Positions 1 to 8,954 of a DNA stretch of 64,000 bases are shown piece by piece. Origin of the DNA: an uncultured Ignavibacterium sp. (GTDB lineage: Bacteria; Bacteroidota; Ignavibacteria; Ignavibacteriales; Ignavibacteriaceae); the NCBI GenBank assembly GCA_964418885.1, contig CAYQNW010000010.1, positions 455-64,454 of the forward strand. Reading direction: 5' to 3'. The number at the start of each line of letters is the position of its first letter. Position 1 is the first letter of the stretch. The notes under the pieces were generated by a model. It had not been told where the DNA came from. It did not search any database and was given only the letters and a program-made list of their open reading frames with translations. The position numbers were made by a program, and so were the translations under genes.

Positions 1-1686
1 TTTAAAAAAATAGGTGAAGAAAACTTTGCAGTATCTGAAATAAAATCAAGAGAGGTCTTTCTTCAACGTTTGGATGATATACATTTTCATTCGGGTGAAA
101 TGGAAAATGACTATTTAAATGCTAATGCGGGAGAGGAATCTTACGTTTATATTCTTTCAATCATAGCTTTCTTTATTCTCCTGATCGCCTGTATAAATTT
201 TATGAATCTTTCTACTGCAAAATCTTTTTACCGTGCGAAAGAAGTAGGTCTAAGAAAAGTAATGGGTGCTTTCCGCACAAGCTTGCTGAAGCAGTTCCTG
301 GGCGAATCGCTGATTATTTCATTCATCTCCCTGTTCTTTTCAATTGCGGTTCTTGAGTTGCTCTTCCCGCTTTTTAATTCACTAACCGGGAAAGATATTG
401 CGATAAACTATATTGAAAACTGGCAGTTTGTTTTAACGATTATCGGTTTGGCTTTTTTTGTCGGGATTATCAGCGGAAGTTATCCTGCATTTTTCCTTTC
501 GAAATTTCAACCGGCAAATGTTTTAAAGGGAATCCGCAACACAGGAAAACGAGGGTATTCACACAAACAAATATTAGTCATTGTACAATTTGTTCTTTCA
601 ATAATAATGATAGTTTCCACTATTGTAGTTTACCAGCAGCTTCAGTTTATCCGTAATAAGAAGCTCGGGTTTCAAAAAGATAATATTATTGTTGTAGATA
701 TTAACAGCGGCGTTTCACGAAAGAGTTTCAGGGAAATTAAAAGTGAAATGCTGAATTATCCTTCCATTAGAAGTGTAACCACTTCTTCCAGGGTTCCGGG
801 AGAATGGAAAAATCTTCCGCGTGTGAATGTTCAGGCTCCGGGTTCCGATGTTATTATTCAGCCTTATCATATTACGATCGATGAAGATTTTATTAATACT
901 TATTCGCTCGAATTGATAAAAGGAAGAAACTTTTCAAGGGAAATGGGAAACGATTCAGCATCAATAATAATAAATGAAACTGCTGCCAAACTTTTTGGCT
1001 GGGATGATCCTATCGGTAAGGTAGTGCGGATGCCGGATGAAAATTTCAGCGCAAAAGTAATTGGGGTTGTTAAAGATTTTCATGTAGAATCTCTTCATAA
1101 GAAAATTTCTCCTGTTATTTTAGGTTATCTTAATAATCCCTATCTGCGGATTGATTATTACTCTATACGAACAAGCAACACCGACTTTGGCGGTGTACTG
1201 AAACATCTTAAAGAAGTTCATCAAAAATTTGATAAGGTAACTCCTTTTGAATACAATTTTTTAGATGATAGAATAAATGATTTTTATGTAAATGATCAGC
1301 GGATGGGTGAGCTTTTCGGAATTGCAGCGATGCTGTCGATATTAATTGCCTGTCTCGGACTCTTTGCTCTTTCATCTTATATGGCAGAAGTCAGAACAAA
1401 AGAAATCGGGATACGTAAGATTTTGGGTTCCTCGATAGCAGGTATAATCCTTTTACTATCAAAAGATTTTATTAAATGGATTGTACTTGCTACTATTATT
1501 GCCTTTCCTGTTGCATACTTCCTGATGAATAAATGGTTAGAGGATTTTGCATACAGGATTAATATCGGTCCCGGGGCTTTCTTCTTATCTGCTGCAGTTG
1601 CACTACTAATAGCCCTATCTACTGTAGGTTACCAGGCAATTAAAGCAGCAACTGCAAATCCTGTTGAAGCATTACGATACGAGTAG
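1..1686 (+). CDS. Duplicated-FtsX (MacB-type) ABC transporter permease, 5' end cut by window edge
   Basis: Frame 1 is open from nt 1 (FKKIGEENFAV...), so the ATG at 70 is internal. Both FtsX signature blocks are present (IACINFMNLSTAKS..KEVGLRKVMGA and ACLGLFALSSYMAEVRTKEIGIRKILGS). The C-terminal tail KAATANPVEALRYE is shared with the downstream paralogs. Confidence 0.85.
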   Translation, partial: FKKIGEENFAVSEIKSREVFLQRLDDIHFHSGEMENDYLNANAGEESYVYILSIIAFFILLIACINFMNLSTAKSFYRAKEVGLRKVMGAFRTSLLKQFLGESLIISFISLFFSIAVLELLFPLFNSLTGKDIAINYIENWQFVLTIIGLAFFVGIISGSYPAFFLSKFQPANVLKGIRNTGKRGYSHKQILVIVQFVLSIIMIVSTIVVYQQLQFIRNKKLGFQKDNIIVVDINSGVSRKSFREIKSEMLNYPSIRSVTTSSRVPGEWKNLPRVNVQAPGSDVIIQPYHITIDEDFINTYSLELIKGRNFSREMGNDSASIIINETAAKLFGWDDPIGKVVRMPDENFSAKVIGVVKDFHVESLHKKISPVILGYLNNPYLRIDYYSIRTSNTDFGGVLKHLKEVHQKFDKVTPFEYNFLDDRINDFYVNDQRMGELFGIAAMLSILIACLGLFALSSYMAEVRTKEIGIRKILGSSIAGIILLLSKDFIKWIVLATIIAFPVAYFLMNKWLEDFAYRINIGPGAFFLSAAVALLIALSTVGYQAIKAATANPVEALRYE

Positions 1687-1769
1687 TATAGTAATGCGGA
1701 GATCCCGGCGAGTCTAATAACGAGTCGGATTGAATCACTGAGATATGAATAATACTTAATGGAGAAATA

Positions 1770-4121
1770 GTGTTTACAAATTATATAAAAGTTGCAATTC
1801 GTAATCTTAAAAAACATAAAGGATATTCTTTTATAAATATTTTAGGATTATCGGTGGGGATGGCATGCACGATCTTAATTCTTTTGTGGGTTCAGGATGA
1901 ATTAAGCTATGACCGTTTCTTACCGGATTCAGACAGGCTTTACCGTGTAATCGATTCTGAAAAATATCCAAACGGCGAAGAATCTTTGTTTAGTTTGAAT
2001 CCCCCTTCACTTGCACCCGAACTTGTTAATCAATACCCTGATATTGTAAATGCTGCCAGGCTGAGAACAGTTAAAAGTTCAGTAATACAATATGATGATA
2101 AAAGATTTAACGAGGACAATTTGACTTTTGTTGATCCTTCATTTTTGAAAATGTTTGGGATCTCTTTTATAAATGGTAATAATAACAATGCGCTGTCAAA
2201 TGTTTTCTCGATTGTTATGACTCAGGAAATGGCTGAAAAATATTTTGGCAGTGAAGAACCTATTGGTAAGACGGTTCGCATAGATAATCGTTTTGATTTT
2301 CCTGTTACCGGAATAATCAAAAACTATCCTTCCAACTCACATCTTAAAATTGATTTCCTTCTTCCATTTCAGGCAGTAGAAAATTTTGGGTTTACTCTTG
2401 AGGGATGGAATAGTTTTGCACATACAACTTACGTTTCATTAGCCAAAGGAACTGATTATCAAACAGTATCATCAAAAATAAAAAACACAATTATTCGAAA
2501 TGAAAATGATGAGAAGATTACAATTTCATTACAGCCGGTTAAGGATATTCATCTTTATTCAAACAAGATGATAGGAATTGGCGGAACAGGGGACATAACA
2601 CAAGTTTACATTTTTTCCGTGATTGCACTTTTAATTTTGCTGCTGGCTTGCATCAATTTTATGAATCTTTCCACAGCACGGGCGGGTAACCGTTCAAAAG
2701 AAATTGGAATGAGAAAGGTAGTAGGTGCAAGAAGGAAAGAAATTATTTTACAGTTCTTCTTCGAATCGATTGTGTACGCAGTAATCTCCCTGATGCTTTC
2801 AATCTTCTGGATCTACGATTTATTACCATTATTTAATTCGATATCAGGTAAAGAACTAACCTTTAACATTTTAAATAATTCGGAAATTCTATTAGTGATT
2901 TTGGGAGTGGCGATTTTCACGGGAATTTTATCCGGAATTTATCCGGCACTGGTTATGTCTGCGTTTAAACCGGTTAAAGTTTTAAAGGGAAGTTTTAGGT
3001 TAGGATCGGGTAACAAGATATTTCGAAAAATACTCGTAACATCTCAATTTGTTTTGACAATTGTATTAATTACAGGTACAGTGGTTGTTAATCGACAGTT
3101 ACATTTCGTACAAAATAAAAGTCTTGGATTTAATAAAGATCAACTGCTTTGTATAAAACTGCCGGGCGAGCTGAACAGAAAGTTTGATTTAATTAAAGAT
3201 AGATTACAGGAAAATAGAGGAGTTATAAATATTGCCGGAGTTTCATATCCACCTTCCGGAATATTAAGATCGGCTGACGTAAATGACTGGGAAGGTCGTA
3301 AATCTGATAATCCATTCTTGACTTACATTCTGTCTGCGAGCTACGATTTTGTGAAAACGATGCAGGTAAAGATGGATCAGGGAAGATTCTATTCTAAGGA
3401 ATTTAAAACAGATACAGCGGAGGGTTGCATTATCAATGTGGCTGCTCTAAATGCAATGGATATGAAATCACCAGTAGGGAAGAAGGTGCTTGGTCTTAAG
3501 ATACTGGGTGTTATGCAAGATTTCAATTTCACATCACTACACTCTAAAGTAGCGCCGTTACTAATTTATTACGATCCAACAGAGATTAAATATCTCTTGA
3601 TTAGAATTCAACCAAACAATGTAAGTAGAACAATCAGTTCGTTGGACGAAACGTGGACTAAAATTGCTTCTGATTTTCCGTTTGAATACAGCTTTCTCGA
3701 CGAACAGATTGACAAGTTATACAGTGCAGATCAGAGAGCTGGAAATGTAATTAATGTATTTAGCTTCCTTGCTTTATTTATTGCCTGCCTGGGAATATTC
3801 GGATTGGCATCTTTTACTGCAGAACAACGTGTGAAAGAAGTTGGCATTCGTAAAGTGCTTGGAGCTAAAGTATCCGGCATTGTATTGCTTTTATCAAAAG
3901 AGTATGCAAAATACGTTTTGTTGGCAAATTTATTTGCCATACCGGTTGCATACTATGCAATAGACCGTTGGCTGCAAAATTTTGCCTACCGTGTTACCCT
4001 CGATTGGTGGATGTTCCTTATCTCCGGCGGAATTGCAATTGTAATTGCTTTATCAACTGTAAGCATTCAGGTTGTTAAGGCTGCAACTGCAAATCCCGTT
4101 CAGTCATTGAAATATGAATAA
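1770..4121 (+). CDS. Duplicated-FtsX (MacB-type) ABC transporter permease, paralog 2
   Basis: 783-aa ORF with a GTG start 4-5 nt after GGAGA. N-terminal TM (KGYSFINILGLSVGMA), a MacB-like periplasmic domain, ACINFMNLSTARA..KEIGMRKVVGA, a second extracytoplasmic domain, ACLGIFGLASFTAEQRVKEVGIRKVLGA, and the tail KAATANPVQSLKYE. Confidence 0.9.
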   Translation: MFTNYIKVAIRNLKKHKGYSFINILGLSVGMACTILILLWVQDELSYDRFLPDSDRLYRVIDSEKYPNGEESLFSLNPPSLAPELVNQYPDIVNAARLRTVKSSVIQYDDKRFNEDNLTFVDPSFLKMFGISFINGNNNNALSNVFSIVMTQEMAEKYFGSEEPIGKTVRIDNRFDFPVTGIIKNYPSNSHLKIDFLLPFQAVENFGFTLEGWNSFAHTTYVSLAKGTDYQTVSSKIKNTIIRNENDEKITISLQPVKDIHLYSNKMIGIGGTGDITQVYIFSVIALLILLLACINFMNLSTARAGNRSKEIGMRKVVGARRKEIILQFFFESIVYAVISLMLSIFWIYDLLPLFNSISGKELTFNILNNSEILLVILGVAIFTGILSGIYPALVMSAFKPVKVLKGSFRLGSGNKIFRKILVTSQFVLTIVLITGTVVVNRQLHFVQNKSLGFNKDQLLCIKLPGELNRKFDLIKDRLQENRGVINIAGVSYPPSGILRSADVNDWEGRKSDNPFLTYILSASYDFVKTMQVKMDQGRFYSKEFKTDTAEGCIINVAALNAMDMKSPVGKKVLGLKILGVMQDFNFTSLHSKVAPLLIYYDPTEIKYLLIRIQPNNVSRTISSLDETWTKIASDFPFEYSFLDEQIDKLYSADQRAGNVINVFSFLALFIACLGIFGLASFTAEQRVKEVGIRKVLGAKVSGIVLLLSKEYAKYVLLANLFAIPVAYYAIDRWLQNFAYRVTLDWWMFLISGGIAIVIALSTVSIQVVKAATANPVQSLKYE

Positions 4122-4132
4122 CAGGAAAAGTT

Positions 4133-6502
4133 ATGTTTAAAAATTATTTGAAGATTGCTTTTAGAAATATGATAAAAAATAAAGGTTATTCCTTTATTAA
4201 CATATTTGGTCTCGCTGTTGCCCTTACATCAGTATTATTAATTGTTTTATGGGTTCAAGATGAATTGGGCTGGGATTCATTTCAAAAAAATATAGATACA
4301 ATATATCGTGTTGAACAGGATCAACCGACATCGCGGGGAATCTTTCATGTTAACGTTACTCCTTTTCCAATGGGACCGGCACTAAAAGAAGAAATACCGG
4401 AAATAAAAAATTCAGCCCGTTATGGATTTCCAGGTACAATTCTTATGAAATATGGCGAAAAGGTGTTCTATGAGAACGAAGCACGCTGTGTTGATCCGTC
4501 ATTTTTGAAAATGTTTACTTACCCGTTGATCAAAGGAGATATAGAATCTGTCCTAAGCCAACCATCTTCTCTTGTTATTACTAAAGACATAGCAAAGAAA
4601 TATTTTGGAAATTCAGATCCTGTTGGAAAGACGATCACTTTAAACGACAAATATCCATTTACAGTAACCGGCGTGATAGAACATATTCCTCATAATACTA
4701 ATCTGAAGTTTGACATATTAATTTCATTCGATTTCATGAAAACTATAGGACTTTATTCCGATGTGTGGGAAGCTAATGAGATATATACCTGGATTCAATT
4801 AAATGATAACGCAGATGTAGCTGTTGTTAATAAAAAAATCACGGAAGTACGTGAGCAGCACGTGAGAGAACAAGAATCGGGAGGAAGTTTTATAGCATTC
4901 AATTTAATGCCGTTGAAAAAAATGCGTCTTTATGCCCGTTTTGGATATGAAAAAACGGTTGGGACAATTCAAAGCATATATATTTTTTCATTCATAGCTG
5001 TTTTCATTCTTATCATAGCTTGTATCAATTACATAAATCTTTCCACTGCACGTGCAGTAAAACGCTATAAAGAAATAGGACTTCGGAAAGTTGTAGGCGC
5101 TGAACGAAAAAATATTGTCGGTCAATTCTATATTGAATCATTCCTTCTAACTTTTCTGGCAATATTGTTCTCTTTGTTTTTGGTAGAACTTTTGATTCCA
5201 TCGTTCAACCAGCTTTCAGGTAAGAATTTTTCCAGCAACGTTTTATTTCAACCTTCTTTTCTAATTGGTATTCTTGTAATTGTCCTGATCACCGGTTTCT
5301 TATCGGGAACATATCCCGCCTTATTTTTATCTGCTTTTTCTCCCAACAGGGTTTTAAAAGAGAGAAATCAATTTGGCAATAAAAGTTCTATCCTGAGAAA
5401 ATCTCTCGTTGTATTTCAGTTTGGCCTTTCTGTTATTCTTATTACAGGAACGATTGTTATGCTTAAGCAATTAGAGTTTATGAGGAATAAAAATCTTGGA
5501 TATGATAAAGAACAACTGATATACCTTCCCCTGAATAGTGAGACCAGGAAATCATACTCTATACTTAAAGAGAACTTAGATAAGGATTCTGATATTCTGG
5601 GTGTTACAGGAACATATCAAACTCCAACAATGATGAATGAAAATGCAGGCGGTGCAGACTGGGATGGAAAAGATCCGAACTTTAAACCCAAAATCGGGTA
5701 TGCCGCTGTTGACTATGATTACTTCAAAACAATGAAAATCCACCTGGAGAAAGGGAGAGTTTATTCACGTGAATTTGCAACTGATTCAACACAAGCCGTT
5801 GTAATCAATGAAGAATTAGCTAAAATGATAAGCAGTAAATCTGTTGTTGGGAAAAGATTTTCCTGGGTAAATGACGAAATAATTATCGGGATTGTAAAAA
5901 ATTTCAATTATGAAAAAGTCCAAAGGGCAATTGAACCTTTAGCAATTTATCTGGCGCCCCAGGAAGTTAATTATGTTGTTGTCCGACTTGCGTCGGGCAA
6001 TATTGTCCAATCTTTAAAACATGTAAAACAAATCTGGCAGGATACTTTCCATGGCTTTCCATTAGAGTATAAATTTTTTGATGAAGATTTTGCTAAAATG
6101 TTTCAGGCAGATGAACGAATGATGTCTATATTCAGCTACTCTGCTTTTCTTGCAATTATAGTTGCGTGCATGGGGCTATTCGGATTGGCTGCATTTATTT
6201 TAGAATTACGCACCAAAGAAATAGGAATAAGGAAAGTTTTAGGTGCCTCCATTTCGGGAATTACATTTATGCTTTCCAAAGAATTTATCCTTTGGGTATT
6301 AACAGCTAATCTAATTGCGTTTCCGGTTGCATATTTTCTTATGGATAGTTGGCTTCAGAATTATGCTTATAGGATTAATATAAGCTGGTGGATATTTCTC
6401 ATATCCGGTGGAATAGCTTTAGTGATTGCGTTGGCTACAATTGGTTTTAGGGCGATTAAGGCAGCAACTGCAAATCCGGTCAAATCATTAAGGTATGAAT
6501 AA
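4133..6502 (+). CDS. Duplicated-FtsX (MacB-type) ABC transporter permease, paralog 3
   Basis: 789-aa ORF starting 11 nt after paralog 2. Same architecture (ACINYINLSTARA..KEIGLRKVVGA; ACMGLFGLAAFILELRTKEIGIRKVLGA; tail KAATANPVKSLRYE). Confidence 0.9.
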   Translation: MFKNYLKIAFRNMIKNKGYSFINIFGLAVALTSVLLIVLWVQDELGWDSFQKNIDTIYRVEQDQPTSRGIFHVNVTPFPMGPALKEEIPEIKNSARYGFPGTILMKYGEKVFYENEARCVDPSFLKMFTYPLIKGDIESVLSQPSSLVITKDIAKKYFGNSDPVGKTITLNDKYPFTVTGVIEHIPHNTNLKFDILISFDFMKTIGLYSDVWEANEIYTWIQLNDNADVAVVNKKITEVREQHVREQESGGSFIAFNLMPLKKMRLYARFGYEKTVGTIQSIYIFSFIAVFILIIACINYINLSTARAVKRYKEIGLRKVVGAERKNIVGQFYIESFLLTFLAILFSLFLVELLIPSFNQLSGKNFSSNVLFQPSFLIGILVIVLITGFLSGTYPALFLSAFSPNRVLKERNQFGNKSSILRKSLVVFQFGLSVILITGTIVMLKQLEFMRNKNLGYDKEQLIYLPLNSETRKSYSILKENLDKDSDILGVTGTYQTPTMMNENAGGADWDGKDPNFKPKIGYAAVDYDYFKTMKIHLEKGRVYSREFATDSTQAVVINEELAKMISSKSVVGKRFSWVNDEIIIGIVKNFNYEKVQRAIEPLAIYLAPQEVNYVVVRLASGNIVQSLKHVKQIWQDTFHGFPLEYKFFDEDFAKMFQADERMMSIFSYSAFLAIIVACMGLFGLAAFILELRTKEIGIRKVLGASISGITFMLSKEFILWVLTANLIAFPVAYFLMDSWLQNYAYRINISWWIFLISGGIALVIALATIGFRAIKAATANPVKSLRYE

Positions 6503-6561
6503 TAAAGAAAAAAGAGTCTCAGTTTTATGAAAAGTTTTTACAATTATCAGGAATTAAAACC

Positions 6562-8937
6562 ATGTTAAAACATAGCTTCTTAATAACGTTTAGAAATTTC
6601 AAAAGATTTAAAAGTACATTTATAATTAACCTTGTCGGATTATCAACCGGGTTAGCTTGCGCTGTGCTAATTTACCTGTGGGTGAGCAGTGAACTAAGTG
6701 TAGATAAATTTAATGAAAATGACAGCTGGCTTTACCAGGTAATGGAAAACACTCAATTGTCCGACAGAATTATAACCCAACCCTACACTCCCGATCTTCT
6801 CGCAGAGACAATGGCTGAAGAAATTCCTGATATTAAATATGCTGCGGCTGTTACTCCTTCTTCGTGGTTTGCATTTACACTTTCAGTCGGTGAAACACAT
6901 CTGAACGAAATCGGTCAATTTGCAGGTAAAGATTTTTTTAACATCTTTTCTTTTCCTCTGCTCCAGGGAACAGCAAACCAGGTGCTTACCGGAAGCAACT
7001 CTGTTGTTATTTCAAAAGAACTGGCGATGAAATTCTTCCACACAACAGAGAATGTTGTAGGAAAAACAATAGGGTGGCAATTGCTGGGATTAAAATACGA
7101 GGGAATTGTTTCAGGCGTTTTCGATAATATTCCCGAAAATTCTACAATGCAGTTTCAGTTTGTTTTATCTTATGATGCATGGAAAGATGTAAGTAAAAAG
7201 GTTGGCAGAACAATGAACTGGGGTAATCACGCCCCTTGCACTTACGTGGTTTTAAAAAAGGGAACAAATATAAAAAGCTTCAACGAAAAGATAGCAGGCT
7301 ACATCAAAAGTAAAAATGAAAACTCGAACGTTACTTTATTTGCAAGACCATATTCAGACGGTTATCTGTACGATAAATATGAAAACGGTAAACAGGCAGG
7401 CGGCAGAATAGAATATGTTGAACTGTTTTCTATCATTGCGCTTTTTATAATCCTGATCGCTTGTATTAATTTTATGAACCTGTCAACGGCTAAAGCATCG
7501 AGCAGGTTAAAAGAAGTAGGTATAAAAAAAGCGATGGGAGCTAAGCGGAACATGCTTCTTTTCCAGTATATGAGCGAATCGATAATAATTTCATTCATAT
7601 CACTTGCCGGAGCAATATTAATAGTTGAGAGTCTTCTTCCTCAGTTCAACAATATTACCGGCAAACATCTTTTCTTAAACTTTAATGGGAGTCTTATTCT
7701 CTGGCTTGTAGGGATTACACTTTTCACAGGAATTATTTCGGGAAGCTACCCTGCATTTTATCTTTCAGGGTTTAACCCGGTTACAGTATTGAAAGGAAAA
7801 ATTAATACTCTTGCCGGAGAATTATGGATCCGAAAAGGATTGGTGGTATTCCAGTTTGCATTATCAATTATATTTATTGTTGTGGTTCTTGTTGTTTATA
7901 AGCAAATAGATTTCATTCAATCTAAAAATCTTGGTTATAATAAAGACAATATAATTTATCTCGAAAAGGAAGGGAAAGTTGCCGAAAATGAAGATGCCTT
8001 TTTAGACGAACTGAGAAAAACCCCGGGAGTTATAAATGCGTCAAGCAGCGGCAGCACTATTGTTGGTTCGTTTAGCTCAACGGAAGGACTTAGCTGGGAA
8101 GGAAAAAAACCTGAAGAAATTATACGGTTTGAATATGTGCCCGTAAATTATAATTTCATTGAAACGCTCGGTATTAAAATGAAAGAGGGAAGATCCTTTT
8201 CAAAGGACTTTGGTTCGGAAGACACAAAAATAATATTTAATGAATCTGCCATAAAAGCAATGGGGCTAACTAATCCTATTGGTAAAGTAGTAAATATGTG
8301 GGGGAGTGAAAAGCAAATTATTGGTGTAATGAAAGATTTCAATTTTGAATCACTTCACGAAAATATCAAACCTTTACTGTTTATAATAAACTCACGCCAC
8401 TCAACAAAAGTAATGATTAAAATACAAGCAGGAAAAGAAAGAGAAACCATAGACAAAATAAGAAAACTGTACACCGAATTTAACCCGGGGATTCCTTTTG
8501 ATTATAAATTCCTGGATAAAGATTACCAGGCGTTGTATGAATCGGAACAAAGAGTCTCGGATCTATCGAAATATTTTGCCGGCTTAGCAATTTTAATTTC
8601 CTGTCTTGGACTGCTTGGACTTGCAACATTTACCGCACAAAGAAGAAGTAAAGAAATAGGTATTAGAAAAGTTCTGGGCTCTTCAGAGTTCGGCATTATC
8701 TATCTTCTTTCTTCAGACTTTACAAAACTTGTAATTGCTTCTATGGTCATTGCTCTGCCTGTCAGCTATTTCCTGATCAAAAACTGGCTGGATAGTTTTG
8801 CTTACAGGATAGAACTTAACTTCTGGTATTTCCTCAGTGCAGGACTCATTACTTTATTTATTGCGTGGGTTACAGTAGGAACACAAGCTTTTAAAGCTGC
8901 AAGGGTTAATCCTTCTCAATGTTTAAGAGATGAGTAA
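6562..8937 (+). CDS. Duplicated-FtsX (MacB-type) ABC transporter permease, paralog 4 (most divergent)
   Basis: 791-aa ORF with the same two FtsX blocks (ACINFMNLSTAKA..KEVGIKKAMGA; SCLGLLGLATFTAQRRSKEIGIRKVLGS). The N-terminus (MLKHSFLITFRNFKRFKS) and the tail (KAARVNPSQCLRDE) are altered. Confidence 0.9.
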   Translation: MLKHSFLITFRNFKRFKSTFIINLVGLSTGLACAVLIYLWVSSELSVDKFNENDSWLYQVMENTQLSDRIITQPYTPDLLAETMAEEIPDIKYAAAVTPSSWFAFTLSVGETHLNEIGQFAGKDFFNIFSFPLLQGTANQVLTGSNSVVISKELAMKFFHTTENVVGKTIGWQLLGLKYEGIVSGVFDNIPENSTMQFQFVLSYDAWKDVSKKVGRTMNWGNHAPCTYVVLKKGTNIKSFNEKIAGYIKSKNENSNVTLFARPYSDGYLYDKYENGKQAGGRIEYVELFSIIALFIILIACINFMNLSTAKASSRLKEVGIKKAMGAKRNMLLFQYMSESIIISFISLAGAILIVESLLPQFNNITGKHLFLNFNGSLILWLVGITLFTGIISGSYPAFYLSGFNPVTVLKGKINTLAGELWIRKGLVVFQFALSIIFIVVVLVVYKQIDFIQSKNLGYNKDNIIYLEKEGKVAENEDAFLDELRKTPGVINASSSGSTIVGSFSSTEGLSWEGKKPEEIIRFEYVPVNYNFIETLGIKMKEGRSFSKDFGSEDTKIIFNESAIKAMGLTNPIGKVVNMWGSEKQIIGVMKDFNFESLHENIKPLLFIINSRHSTKVMIKIQAGKERETIDKIRKLYTEFNPGIPFDYKFLDKDYQALYESEQRVSDLSKYFAGLAILISCLGLLGLATFTAQRRSKEIGIRKVLGSSEFGIIYLLSSDFTKLVIASMVIALPVSYFLIKNWLDSFAYRIELNFWYFLSAGLITLFIAWVTVGTQAFKAARVNPSQCLRDE

Positions 8938-8954
8938 TATTTTAGGAATAGTCT

